In this document: piece by piece, positions 9,764 through 22,101 of the stretch
Position numbering within the stretch: position 1 is the first letter of the stretch
Layout of the letters: every line of letters starts with the position of its first letter
Origin: Savitreella phatthalungensis
Taxonomy: Eukaryota
Direction: 5' to 3'
Assembly (NCBI GenBank): GCA_051599415.1
Contig: AP039689.1
Coordinates: 124,001 to 188,000 of the forward strand
DNA length: 64,000 bases
The notes under the pieces: generated by a model
What the model was told of the DNA's origin: nothing
What the model saw: the letters and a program-made list of their open reading frames with translations, nothing else
The model's database searches: none
Translations under genes and position numbers: made by a program

Positions 9764-12010
9764 ATGGCAGCCTTGCCTGTGGCAATACATAGATCACGAT
9801 TCGTCGACCACGTACCCAGCGGCATCACTGCCATCGCATTCTCACATCGCTCTTCTTCCGGCGACACACAGTCAAATGCACTCAGATGTGCAGTAGGCAG
9901 GGCAAACGGAGACATCGAAATCTGGAATCCGCGCGATAACTGGACATGCGACCTCGTCCTCAAAGGAGGTATCGACCGTACAATCGAAGGCTTGGCATGG
10001 GCAAATCAGAAAGGTTTCCCGCCACGATTGTTCTCCATCGGTGGAGCTACCTCCATTACTGAATGGTCTCTCGATGGTCTGAAACCACGTCAGACCGTCG
10101 AATGTAACGCAGGCCCTCTATGGTCCCTTGCAATCAGCCCAGATCAGGAGTCGATCGCTGTTGGGTGCGAGGACGGCAGTCTTGTCATGCTTGATATCTC
10201 AGGAGGACCAGGTGCGGTCGAGTACAAGCATGCCCTGACGCGTCAGCGTAGTCGCATCATGTCTCTCGCTTTTGGACCTGCCGACATCATCTATGGCGGG
10301 TGCTCGGACTCCACGATTAAAGCATGGAACTATCGCCAGGCCAAAGGTCCCATCGTCGGACGGATGACCGTCGATAAAGTGGGTGGCGAGCACTCGCTCG
10401 TTTGGTCTATTCTCGTATTGAAGAACGGCACGATCGTGTCCGGTGATTCCACAGGTGCAGTCAAGCTATGGGATCCGCGCTTCTACTCGCTCTCTCAGAA
10501 CTTCAAAGTGCATGCAGCAGATGTTTTGTGTCTCACGAGCAACGCAGCTGGCGACACACTGTTTTCGGCAGGCGTAGATCAAAAGATGCAGACGTACAAG
10601 CTGGTTGACCAAAAACGTCGCTGGGCGCACATCACTGGACGCCGCTTCCATCAGCACGATGTCCGTGCCATGGCCTCATATGAGTCTCGGACGAGCTCAA
10701 TCGTGGTGACCGGCGGCGTCGATATGGGACTGGCACTTATTCCATTGGCAAAATTCTTGGAGGACAAACACAGAATCATTTCTCCAGTGCCGCCCAGCAG
10801 CGTCCGACACATCTCGATCGCTACGGCCAGCGAACCTCGATTGCTTCTCAAGTGGGCTGATCATGAGATTAAGATCTGGGCTTTGTGCTCTGCTGTGACG
10901 AATGATGCTCTCAAGGACGATCTGGGCGATGCGTCGGCGCAACTCGTTTCACGCATGCGTCTCGCTAACCAGGAGAATATCACCTACGCCGAAATCAGCC
11001 CAGACGCCAAATACATCATCGTCTGTTCCCTCGATGGGACCAAGCTATTTGCTTTGCAGGCCGGCGAAGGTCTCAGGCCCAAGAAGTTACATTGCGAGGC
11101 AATCGAATCTTTGGCCAGCCGTAGGGCAAGCTTTTTGTCCAACGGAGAGCTGTGTATACTCACACGCGAATCTGACTTGCTGCTGTTCGATTTGACGGAC
11201 GGTCAAGCTACTAGAAAGCTCGATCTTGAAGTCGACAGATCTGCCGATGAGTCTGCCACACGTGGTCAGACCTACCTACGCAATGTGCGCGACTATGCCT
11301 TCGCACCCGATGGACGTCATGTGGGCGTCTGCGATTATCGGAATATCATCACGTTCCACCAGATCAACAAAGCTGGCACCTCATCCAAGGTCTTGTCACA
11401 TGCACCTGCATTGCCTTCTGCCGTCACAGCGATGACTTGGCGCGGAGACGACGGTAAGCGCCTCGCGGTGGCGTGTGCAGACATGGCTGTGCATGAGTTC
11501 GAGGCACGCACCGGCAGGCTCACTCCGTGGGCGCGTACAAACACACCGCGCCTGCCCCGCATCTTCAGCAGGCTCAAGGATCATCCCTGCGGAGCGTTCT
11601 TCGACTCGCGCGCAGAACGGTGTTGGCTCTGGGGAGCAAATTGGCTCGCCAACATCGCAATGGATCAGGATCTCCCTATCGAGGAAGCAGAGCAGCAAGT
11701 CGCACTGAAGGGCAAGCGGAGGCGTCTCTCGACCGCGTCTGCCGTTGCAGATGACGACGAGGATGATGAGGACGCGCTCGCTGCCGCAGCGTCTCTCAGT
11801 CAGGACCTGGTAGCTTCAGACGATGCGGTGGCGCCACTTGGCAGATCACCCTTCTGGATGACCACACGATACAAGCCTATCCTCCATGTGTCTCAGCTAA
11901 CACCGGACCTCGAGTTCGTCGTCGTCGAGCGCCCGTTGTCAGACATTCTGTCAGATCCACAGGCTGCCGTTCCACCGCCATTCTACCGCAAGCGTTATGG
12001 TCGAGGATGA
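9764..12010 (+). CDS. UTP4: U3 snoRNA-associated protein 4 (WD40, t-UTP/UtpA)
   Basis: 748 aa. IHRSRFVDHVPSGITAIAFSH...AVGRANGDIEIWNP start, WD repeats (IVSGDSTGAVKLWD; HQHDVRAM) and a YKPILH...VVVERP end. Confidence 0.93.
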   Translation: MAALPVAIHRSRFVDHVPSGITAIAFSHRSSSGDTQSNALRCAVGRANGDIEIWNPRDNWTCDLVLKGGIDRTIEGLAWANQKGFPPRLFSIGGATSITEWSLDGLKPRQTVECNAGPLWSLAISPDQESIAVGCEDGSLVMLDISGGPGAVEYKHALTRQRSRIMSLAFGPADIIYGGCSDSTIKAWNYRQAKGPIVGRMTVDKVGGEHSLVWSILVLKNGTIVSGDSTGAVKLWDPRFYSLSQNFKVHAADVLCLTSNAAGDTLFSAGVDQKMQTYKLVDQKRRWAHITGRRFHQHDVRAMASYESRTSSIVVTGGVDMGLALIPLAKFLEDKHRIISPVPPSSVRHISIATASEPRLLLKWADHEIKIWALCSAVTNDALKDDLGDASAQLVSRMRLANQENITYAEISPDAKYIIVCSLDGTKLFALQAGEGLRPKKLHCEAIESLASRRASFLSNGELCILTRESDLLLFDLTDGQATRKLDLEVDRSADESATRGQTYLRNVRDYAFAPDGRHVGVCDYRNIITFHQINKAGTSSKVLSHAPALPSAVTAMTWRGDDGKRLAVACADMAVHEFEARTGRLTPWARTNTPRLPRIFSRLKDHPCGAFFDSRAERCWLWGANWLANIAMDQDLPIEEAEQQVALKGKRRRLSTASAVADDDEDDEDALAAAASLSQDLVASDDAVAPLGRSPFWMTTRYKPILHVSQLTPDLEFVVVERPLSDILSDPQAAVPPPFYRKRYGRG

Positions 12011-12179
12011 TAAGACACGTTGTACTTTATATTATACGCATTCGGGAGACGTCGCGTTCGGGCGACTCCAACAGGCCGGGCACAGGATCGTTTGCAGGCT
12101 CGGGCTCGTGTCAATTGAGAACATGTCTTGCTATCAAATGCCGTCTATCTGAACATCATCATTATCGTGTTCCTCCCTT

Positions 12180-12746
12180 TCAATCTACCTGTATAATCTT
12201 CTCCTCGACAGCAACATTGCCAGCGTTGATGGCTGAGAGCACGCAGTTCCAGCCGAGGGCAACAAGATTGACGACCAGAAGCCTATGCTCGAGAGGGACG
12301 AATTTGAAGTTGACAAGCTGTACAGCAGGCCATAGTTTCCAGTTGGCAACGAGTGTAGGTGCCCAGGCTGTCGAAAGCTTGTTGGAGATCTCGCTCGGTG
12401 ACTTGCCCTCGAGCACGCCCTGAGCTGAGAAGAACACCGCGATATTGACAGGTGCAAACGCCAGTTGATCTGCAGCCACGCGCGCCAACAGCGTCTTTGT
12501 CGGGCTCGACAGATTCACATGTCGATCAAGAACGCGGTACCAGCCTACCAAGATTGGACCAGCTATTGCAGTCCCGAAGAAGGTCATTCGACCGGTCCGC
12601 AGAAGATCATGTTGGAGCCCTTTCCGCTCGACTGCCTGCTGCGCAAGCACGTCTCCAGCCCCAAAGAGGATCCCCGTCGAGATGAGTTGTGTTGCAATTG
12701 GCGATCGGGCAAGCTGGGCCTGGTACCACTTGATTGCGCCTGACAT
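12180..12746 (-). CDS. SYM1: Mpv17/PMP22 family mitochondrial inner-membrane protein
   Basis: From MSGAIKWYQAQLARSPIATQ; GAGDVLAQQ, RVAADQLAFAP and NWKLWPAVQLVNFKFVP motifs. An upstream in-frame ATG at 12842 is less likely. Confidence 0.92.
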   Translation of the reverse strand: MSGAIKWYQAQLARSPIATQLISTGILFGAGDVLAQQAVERKGLQHDLLRTGRMTFFGTAIAGPILVGWYRVLDRHVNLSSPTKTLLARVAADQLAFAPVNIAVFFSAQGVLEGKSPSEISNKLSTAWAPTLVANWKLWPAVQLVNFKFVPLEHRLLVVNLVALGWNCVLSAINAGNVAVEEKIIQVD

Positions 12747-13247
12747 GACTACAAGAATGTCGGTGTAGATCAACAAATACCACGGTGTTTGCCCTGTTTG
12801 CTGCTCCCTCGCGTCTTCAATGTCAAGTGCAGTCACTGGCATCCGCTCACTTCTCAGGAATCAGTCCATACTGCTCAAACTGGCTCAATCGAGGCACCGC
12901 TAAGGTTTGCTGGAGATTGACACAGTCAAGTCCACTGTACGGTCTCGTCGAATCAGAGTTCCTGCACAGCACTGGCTCGTTCGAGTGGGATGCTCGACGA
13001 TCGGGCGAGTGACGTAGCAGGAAAGCACATGTCAGGATGCACGCATGATTTCCAGATCCAACATTTCGTTCTTCAGTATTGTGCGCATCAAGGAATTTTT
13101 CGTAGCAGCTAAGAAGACTTTCCACATTTCAGCTACATGTAGAAAAAGCTCGTGCTGTATGCAGCTGCACCAGTGATGAACTTTGGGGACTGATGATAAA
13201 AATAGATACAAAGCCATCATGGTCAGACACGTACGCCATTGATAGCC

Positions 13248-13820
13248 ATGGCAGAGGCACTGCTGTCCGTGGGCGGTCAGAATGTAACACTTGATGATAT
13301 CCGGGCAAAAGCGAAGCATGAACCACTGAAAGCCTATCTGCGTGGAGCCAAGCCAGTCGCAATGAAGCGACGGGCAGAGCCATCCGCAGAATACGTTGCT
13401 CGCATGGCGGCCTTGCGTGCAAGATTGGAAGAGTCCGAGTATCAGACGCTCGTCGGGGCGGAGGAATCATACTCGGGCATAGTTGGAGGTGTGTCGTTCT
13501 CCCAGCTCGAACGGAACCAGATATCCACAATTTTCAACATCCTCCTGACCATGGCAGCCGTCGGCACAGCTGCTTGGTACTGGACAGCCTACAGACCTCC
13601 AATCGTGCGCGTCTCCCTCAGTCTGACTTCAGCACTCGTGCTCGGCATCGTCGAGACGATTCTCTATGCTCGCTACCTCAGCAATGTTGCTGAGGCAGAG
13701 CGTCGCCGTGCACAGGCATCGAAGCACAAAGCGGGGCTTGTGCCGAGCAAGCTAATGCACGAGTCTGGCAGAAATGAGAAGCCAGCGATGCACCGTCCGG
13801 AGCTCAAGAAAGATCGATGA
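13248..13820 (+). CDS. VMA12: V-ATPase ER assembly factor Vma12/Vph2
   Basis: SAEYVARMAALRARLEESEYQTLV then QISTIFNILLT and two TM helices ending VETILYARY. Confidence 0.8.
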   Translation: MAEALLSVGGQNVTLDDIRAKAKHEPLKAYLRGAKPVAMKRRAEPSAEYVARMAALRARLEESEYQTLVGAEESYSGIVGGVSFSQLERNQISTIFNILLTMAAVGTAAWYWTAYRPPIVRVSLSLTSALVLGIVETILYARYLSNVAEAERRRAQASKHKAGLVPSKLMHESGRNEKPAMHRPELKKDR

Positions 13821-14744
13821 GGAAGCCTGTGCATGCAGACCAGTAAAACACGGCAAGCACTCACAACGGGCAAAGCAGATCACCTGAATGTATGAGCACA
13901 CCTAGAGCTATCACGTGTCGTCGTCCCGGGTGTTCGATGGGCCAAGAAACGAGATCAAGGTATCATGACATGTATCGCAAGAGCTCTCGTATAATGAAGA
14001 AAAGTCGGGGACAGCAGTCAACGCATCATGTCCGGTACCAGAGTTCATACTCACCCGACATTCAATTTACTCAATGGTAGTGGACCAGACGGTTACTCTT
14101 GCTGCATGGCGTTCTGCTAGTGACACCCTTTGTCACGAGACGAGATGAAGACGAAGCGTAGATGATCTAAAGACGCGATGCTTAATGCAATTTAGACACA
14201 TGACATAAGCAGGCATTGGCTTGTCATGACGACACTCATGCAGTCTGGCCGTTAGACGATCCATGACAGGCGGTAGCGATGATTCCGTGGACTTGGTAGG
14301 GAGGCTGGCATGATAGTGACGCTGACAAGAGCGCGCAGAATACGCGGGAAAGCGAAATGGAATATGGGAACGCGGGCCTCATGACCATGTCGCTTAGTAG
14401 CTCCGTAGAGCTGCCCAGTGCCTAAAGTTCGAAAGACTGCGGAAAATTCCACCGGTACTACACTAGAGGACAGAGCATTACCAGTAGCCGTGAGCGAACA
14501 ATTTCCCCGATAGTTGAATCCAGTCGTCGATCGTATATGAGATCCTTCCGATTTGGCCTGATTTAGATTCAGCCGTTGAGCCAAAAACAAATAATGGAAT
14601 TCGTATGAAGATGATGACGTCTTCCGCAATGAACGAATCTCAACAGTGCTCATATGGCGTCAAGCCGCTTGACACTAATGCAATTTACGAGAGATTCCCC
14701 GACCCCAGGCACACCCTTCGTAGATCTCTTTTATCTTTGAAGCG

Positions 14745-14772
14745 CCCCCCCCCCCCCCCCCCCCCCCCCCCC
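14745..14772. repeat. Poly-C/poly-G homopolymer (28 nt)
   Basis: C28 read directly from the sequence. Confidence 0.95.
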
Positions 14773-14877
14773 GAGATCTCGTCTCGATCTGAGTCAGGTG
14801 TTTCACCTAGAGGCCGAAGCGAGGTAAATCCGGGGTAATGCTCGATCTGGGCTGTGCAGAAGGCGATCGATCGGTGC

Positions 14878-15082
14878 ACGCGACATGAGTTCCACCTGTG
14901 CCCAACGGAACTGCACCCTGTCGTCACGCGACTTTCAGGCACAAGTGCGAGACGCGTTATCAAGCTGCGTCGCGGAGGTGTGATTAGACGTGATGTGCGA
15001 CATTCGCCCATTTACGCGATGACAACAACGCGTCGCGTCTCCTTGACGGAATCGACGCCCGTTGCTATTACGTTAGACGCGA
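14878..15082. promoter_or_regulatory. Cluster of MCB-like ACGCG(T/A) elements
   Basis: ACGCGA at 14878, 14926, 15014 and 15077; ACGCGT at 14952 and 15028; TCGCGT at 15033. Confidence 0.45.
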
Positions 15083-18000
15083 CTTGCCGTCGGCATCCAC
15101 CTGACCACTATCGAGATGATTATGACCCTCGAAATCTAGCGTGGATCCGACCTCCTCAATGGGGATCTCGACAAAATCTGTCCTCTTCAAGTCACAAGCC
15201 ATAGATGCTAGCGAAGTCAGCAGAATGCTAATCTCTGGCTCGGACAAGACGATCAGCCATAGGGAAGTGCTGCAGACAACGTCATGAAAGGCAGGATCGT
15301 GTTCGATCAAGCTGTTGATGTCGACGGGCATTAAGTGCACGTGACACCACTGAGGTGATCGTGAGAGTTGATGACAGAAACGAGGTCGCTCGCGGGGACA
15401 TTCATGTCAGAGAACAAGCATGCATCGATCCACTGAGACTTGAATCGCTTCGAGTAATTTCCATGCTAGACGCGTCTGTGAAACGACGACACGCGCATGC
15501 ACGCAACCGGGATCTAGGCAATTTAATGGGACTGTGCCTTTGCGACATGTCGGAACCCATCTTGGACATCCTGATGGTCTACTAGGTATACCACGATCGC
15601 GATAATTGTCCTAAAATGATCAAGTCAAGGGAAAGAAAATGTTCGGACCGCTGCACGTGTGACGTCACACTAATGGCCAGGCCCTCCTTCCAGCAAAGCT
15701 CGGGCCGAGATGTCGCAAACGTGCGGATAGGCACGGAAAGCGAAAATCTAGATGGTAACAACGGCATGCATTACCTAGACACCGGGCTCTTTTGGTCTCT
15801 TCCAATTGTTTGACCGTTTGATCCCGCACACGGTAGATAGAGCACGAGGAGGGCGTCATTTATTGATGTCAAGGATATATGACCGTCGATCATATCGATC
15901 CACAGGAGAGAATGCTCCGACCAGTATTGGTGAAGTGCTTGTCTGCACCAATGAACGTGCATGGTAGATGACCTTGAGAGCGGCGCACGAGGTGATCGTC
16001 CGACTGTAGAGCTGCGTCGCGTGCATTGCAGACGATTTGCAGTCGGGGTAAATACCATGTCGATCAGGAGGCCACGAGATTTTGATTCGGCTCCTCTGTA
16101 AAATGTCGCTACGGAGGAAATCGTCGATACCTGCACCCCTTTCTTCCCTGCGACCGTACTTGTAATGCCATGAGGAGAGGAGGCATTTGTATTGGCCTTG
16201 ATGGTTATCAGGCTGACAAGCGTGTTGATAATTGCAGGCGATGAGTTGACCTGTCGCAGGACTCAATTCTTCTCGCTGCTGAGCCGCCAGATACCTCCTA
16301 CTGGCCAGCATTTCTTTAGTGTGACCCCCTATATTTTGACATTGTTCAGCTGCCAATCATAGCCAGCGGGAATGGCTTTCGACCTTGCCGTGGCCTATCT
16401 GAAACAGGTTCTGACCCGAGTGAGCCGCCATAAGCACGGGATATCTACGTCCAGTTAGACAGGTGCAAAGATAGCTGGGTTTGATTCCTGCAATTGCAGG
16501 TCTTGGTCTGTCTGCCACGCTGAGACAGTGCCCCTCGCGACCTTGCAGCGTCCATGCTGCGGAGGAGTCGGAATTGCAGGCGACAATTCTGAGAGCTACC
16601 GCCCGCAATTGAGCCTTCCTGATCAGGAAATAGATCGCAGCGATTGCGAGCTCAAAGCACAATATTTGACGGACCATGTCGAGGAAACAGTCCTCTCGAA
16701 GCGTGCCGACAGATGATAATTGACAGGAATGACCGGCAGCTTGAGCAATCGATCTTTCGATCAACATCGACTGCACGCCACCATTGCGCTCTGCGATGAG
16801 AGATAATGATCAGCTATACTAACCAGGCTGCTGGACAAGTGCGTCGGTATTTCCTGCACGCATGCAACCTGTAGACTGGACCCTGGTCAGTCTAGCAATC
16901 GCGTCTTTCTAGATTTCCTTTACTCAATGATAGTTTGACAGCCATAACCCCAATTAGCCGTCCGCGACCTTCCCGCGAAGTTCCCGCAGAGTCCATCCGC
17001 GCAACCCGAATCTGATGACGGTCGGCGCTGAGCTAGAAATTTTGCACCAAGACCGAAAGGTTATTTACTCCGCTCACTACGAGTCCGAAAATCCAAAAAG
17101 AGTTCGTGCTGGGATAGGTCAGCCCGCTGAATCGCCCTTAAGGACTACAACCTTCGGACCCAGTTGATTGTGCTCCCGGATCAGACCAGTAGTCGTGTGC
17201 CTTACTGGAACTGGGCATGACTCTCCGCGCTTTACATCCTTGTGCGATTGCTCTGTGATCGCAGCAATGATAATTGATTGTGCCACGACCGTGTCTCACG
17301 GACCCGGCGAACCTCATACGCTCGGTGCCAGTCGACTCGGCTGTTTCCGAAGCTGAACATTAGGACATCTAGACGCCCAGAGAAAACGTAGATGGTGGAT
17401 ACTTTCGTGAGATACCTCACAGCGACGTGCTATGATCACAATCACCATCAATTCGCTAGTTGACGCTGCATGGAGTAAAAACAGTGCGGTCTGCGGGGCA
17501 ATAGAGGGTGATAGTCTGGTGAGTCAACGTGCTTCTCATGTTCGTGGAAACGCAAGCGTGCTCTGCTGATAAGAGGACAGGCCGATTCATGTATTGGTAA
17601 AGGTCGCACGTTGAAGCCATATTTGGTCTGATCAATTCATTTGCGAGCGCTTTGCAGGTTGCCGTCGATCCTCTCTGGATTTCACCTTCGACTGGGCCGT
17701 TTCCCTTTTGAAACCTCTTCCGGTACGTCTGTCTGATTTAGAGGCTCAGTATGCGCTGCTTGGCCAGGCTCGCTGAACTCACCATGAATACCGACATGTG
17801 CTCGCTATCTTAACTTGGTGAGAACTTGACAATCGTCTCACGACGAGCTACCGTCGGTGAAAGCCTCGGCATCGCGGGAAGAAAAGACGTAGCTCTCCAT
17901 GAGAATCCTCCGTTTCAGGCGGGCTGCGGATCATGATACTGATGAATCTTCTCCGATTGAAAACAACTGAAAGTGACAATTTCATGCTTGTGATCACGCA

Positions 18001-21000
18001 AAGATCAAGTCTCGCTAAGCGGTTGGGCGCATGAGCGCGGGGAACGCCGACGGCGATGGCAGGGTTAGCGCCGATCGGAACGCGATAGGTCCTGATTATC
18101 TCCTTCTCATCTTCTGAACCCCAGAGTGGCAACGGGTGAAGGTCGATATCGTGGAGGTGTGAGTGGCAGGGCATTTGCCGGCCAAGGTCGCCATCTGGAG
18201 ATATGAGAGATATGACCTCACGGATATGGCACAAGTCTACAGTATCTCCCAAAGAAGATGAGCAGAAAGAATAACGATTCTATGAAGAAAGCCGCTGCAC
18301 TGGAAATTAGGTTTTCCTTCCTCCGCCGCCCTTGCATGAAGAAAACCCTGGCCGGTAGTCATATGGTGTGGACTTGGACGAATCTCAGCGCTTGGCGAAA
18401 TATAGATGCAAGGAATTGTGTAACGGATCTGATTAAGGAGAAATGTCATTGGGTATGTGTTTACAGATATCGCTGGGTCTCAATCTATATTGATCCACGA
18501 ATTTGACACAAACCACGAGGACGCCTTGCAGCTGCATGGCGGAGGCAGAACACACCGCCTTGTGCTTTGTCGGTAGTATTTCTTCGGCAGAGTGTCTGAG
18601 GTAACGTGCCATGGATTATTTTGCCAAGCTAAATATGGTCACCCTCTATGGCCTCTCAATCTCAGTGCCGATATGTTGCTTAAGAAATTACCTTTGGAAA
18701 GGGATAACCGCACAGGCTATCTGGGATGCTAGGAGAGCGCGCTTACGCTTGCCCTTTTGGGAACGTGTCTCCATTGTGCACCCCAATTTGAAGCCAATTA
18801 CAGTGAGGGTCGACTTATAGCGAAAGTGCTCTGGAGTGGAAGTTCATGATGGACATCGCCATCATCGAGTGGAGTGAACAGACAGGGGCACGAGAGTCAT
18901 GCTGCAGCAATCCTTGGCGATGCGAACATATGCAAATACCAAGTGGTACGCGGCAAAGTTTGGATGCACTCCGATATCTTGCACCGCCCGCTCGCACTGA
19001 GGGCGTGTGGGCAAGAATGAAGCTAATCTTTGCTGGTGTAAATTGAATTGAATGTCTGGGGCCCTCAATTGGGCGTGCAAAATCAAAAGTAGTGTGCACC
19101 AAATCCGCAATCACGGAAGCATGAACCATGTTCGTGCACAGCGGCCGGTTTTACGGGGAAATGAGAGGCCGTGAGAAGCTTCACTTTATCCACTTCTCCG
19201 ATGCGGCCTACCAGGCCTACAAAGTATCTCCGCCGTCAGCAAGCACAGTGCTCGCGGCTTCCGCGGTCGTGTGCTATTCTACCAACACTGCCAGCGGTCA
19301 ATGTTCTCCCAACCTGCTTGAAAATAGGCCTAGATTGAAGACGTTTTCTTTGATGAGATCGATGAGGACGCATCTGAGAAGCAGGCTCTCAAGCTTAGCA
19401 GACGCACGATGACGAAATTGGATCAAGGACAAGAGCACTAGAATGAGACTCAAGTCGCTTGCTGGGAGCATATTGCTTGATGGACTACTATGGTCCTCCA
19501 TTTCTGACACGTCAAGAATATGAATTACCTTATCGGAACTGTATCCGAAGCAAATAAACGCGAATTCGAAAATCGTGATCAATTGTCAAAGCTCGGATTG
19601 AGAGAGGTCCACATGTCACGAAATCGGGAAATCCAGACGCTCCTACTGACAACAAAGAAAGGGGTGCTGGGAGTGTGAGTGAAGGCGAGTGAGATATGCT
19701 CTGCAGGGGGTGTCGGAATTGAATTGGTCGTGAGCATGTGCAGAGGATAGGCCAGCGGGAAATTTGTAAGGGTTCGTCTGCACGCCACTCCTCCGCCGTC
19801 CGTCTTCTCACTGATTCGCCCATTGTCCAGCGGAAAATGGCTCGGTATGTAGGAGACGTCTGGTTTGCGGATCTACAATGCCGACTGCTTCAGTGAAGGC
19901 GAGACATGCAGGAGAAGCTGCTAAGTATGTTTCATGCATGAAGGACAAGCTTCATACATACTTTGTGTCCTGTCTCAGATCGGGCTGCGTTGCGTCTCTG
20001 GTCCATAGCTAAAGAGGATAGAAATTCATAGCCGAATCGCAGACCTGTGAATGCAGACCATGCACGCCAAATCACATATTGAGACATATTATATACGTTT
20101 TCCTGGTATGTATCGCTCATTGACCTGCTTCAGTCTGACATTCAGTTCTACCTGGAAAGCGCCTTAGCCGGCTCTTTCAACCTCTCAAATTCATTGAACG
20201 ACAGCGGAAGTATGAAATTCATGCAGAGTAAAATGAGAGGGGTTAAAATCTCAATCATGGGAGGGGGAGAAGAAACATCTACCGATTGGAATGAATATCA
20301 CGCTATCTCTTGGTTAATGTAGTTGCTCTCGCAAAGGTGAAAATGGATTTCCTGGCTATGAATTACTTTCGCCTGCAGTCAAATCTAGTACAAGTAAATT
20401 ATTGCAAGGTCAGATTCTGATCAGCAAGAATGCTAATCTGGCTTGCCCACAAGGTGTCCAATCGAGAGTCCTCTTCAAAATTGCTGTTTGCTTATACTAT
20501 GAAAAGTCAAAATTCATGCGCTCTATCAGGAGCATACAGCCAGAGCCCCCTTCGATTCCTTGTGAACTTGGATTTCTCCTTTGGATAGTTTATTAAACTG
20601 ATCGACCATTTTGGAGTCCTGCAGAGCATCAAGTCCAATTTCGCGTTTAATGAATTATCGTTGGCATTCTGTACTATTTGGACCACTCAGATTGAGAGCG
20701 GCACTCCCTAACCCGAGAAAGGGGGTCGAATTATCGATTCAAGGAGGTGTTCCCAATGGTTGTCTCTCTCGGAGGGTAGAGGATCGGATTCTTCCTTTTG
20801 CTAAGACAACTCTATGCAGACTATACTAAACTCACACCTTAGAAGTTCACGGCTATCATTTCATTAGCGCATTTAAACACGCTAATTTTATTCTCACTCA
20901 CCTACATGCTCACTTACGCAGGCACGCACGCAATCAACAGGAGAAAGCCCAGGCCATGCCGTGCGCGGTAGTACACAAAAAGATATGTCACTCGAAACGA

Positions 21001-22101
21001 TTTGTATCCTTGGGAGATTGCTCGCGAACGCGGATTATCATCAATCTGCTAACTGAGTCAATTGGGATTGGATTCATCCACCATCGAGCTTTTCTTTTCT
21101 CCCTCCCACTCTATAACTTAAATCTCCCTTGGCTTGATATATCTCCGTGCTGTGCGACCCTGCCGTCATTTCCACCTTGCCCTGCGCGTTGCTCCTGCTC
21201 CAATACCTCATCAAGCATATTGCAGCCTGCAGGAGGCATCAATACAGCCGGCTAGAAGAGGGAGCAGACAGAGTGCACAGCAGCCCATACCTTGCAGCCC
21301 CCCTATCCGCTATCCACACAACATACCAGAGCTTGATCAAGGAGAGAGCTATTCTTTACTTCACTCCAGTCCGAACTGACAATTGTACACGGAGGGAGTA
21401 GAGGAGCCGAGCCAGAGACTCCGTACAGCCAAATCGAACCCTGAACCGAGCTTAATTCCAGCAGGAGACAAGGAGTACGCTCCCTTCACACTTCCTGATT
21501 GCTGAGAGCGAGAGATCATCCAAACCGTAATCTCATCTCTCCAACTTTCACTCATCCACTCAGAGAAGCTCACCATCGATCGAGCGAGTTGTAAAGGTCG
21601 AGTGGGCAACCTCGAAGGTCATATACATTTACTGGTGTCCCCCCAGTATATCTCATCCACACCGTCGTCGAGGACATCTCTAGTACCCTCGACTCACTCT
21701 TTGTTCATCTCATACATCTACGGGTTCATCAGCGTGACACTCAGAATCTCCTCTTCGTTTATCAGTTGAGATCGACCTTCGTGCCTCTTCAGCATCAGTA
21801 TCCAGCAAGCCTGCACGCGTCTCACCGGACATTTCTCCGACCGAGTAGTCTCATCATTCTCGGCTCAGGCTAATTCTCTACCACGCGACATTCGTGTGCT
21901 GTGCCCTGCTGACACTTCACGGCCTCGAGAAATTCATCATCCTCAGACGCAAGGTATCACTCCGCCTGCTACAAGACGCCCGGACATCCCCGACACTATT
22001 CCCCCTCGACCTGACACGCAGTCGACACTCACTTCAGAGCCAACTCCATCGTCCTTCCCTTTCAAACCCTCTCTGACTTTTTTGACCCAACAATTCACCT
22101 C

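Noticed and set aside
20706..20714. CCCTAACCC, a possible telomerase RNA template
   Set aside because: A 9-mer of this kind is expected by chance in 64 kb; a similar one lies inside the SET CDS (~49255). No supporting structure was identified.
13821..22101. Mating-type locus or intact transposon in the gene-free interval
   Set aside because: No HMG, alpha-box, homeodomain, transposase or RT motifs, and no LTRs or TIRs, were recognised by eye.
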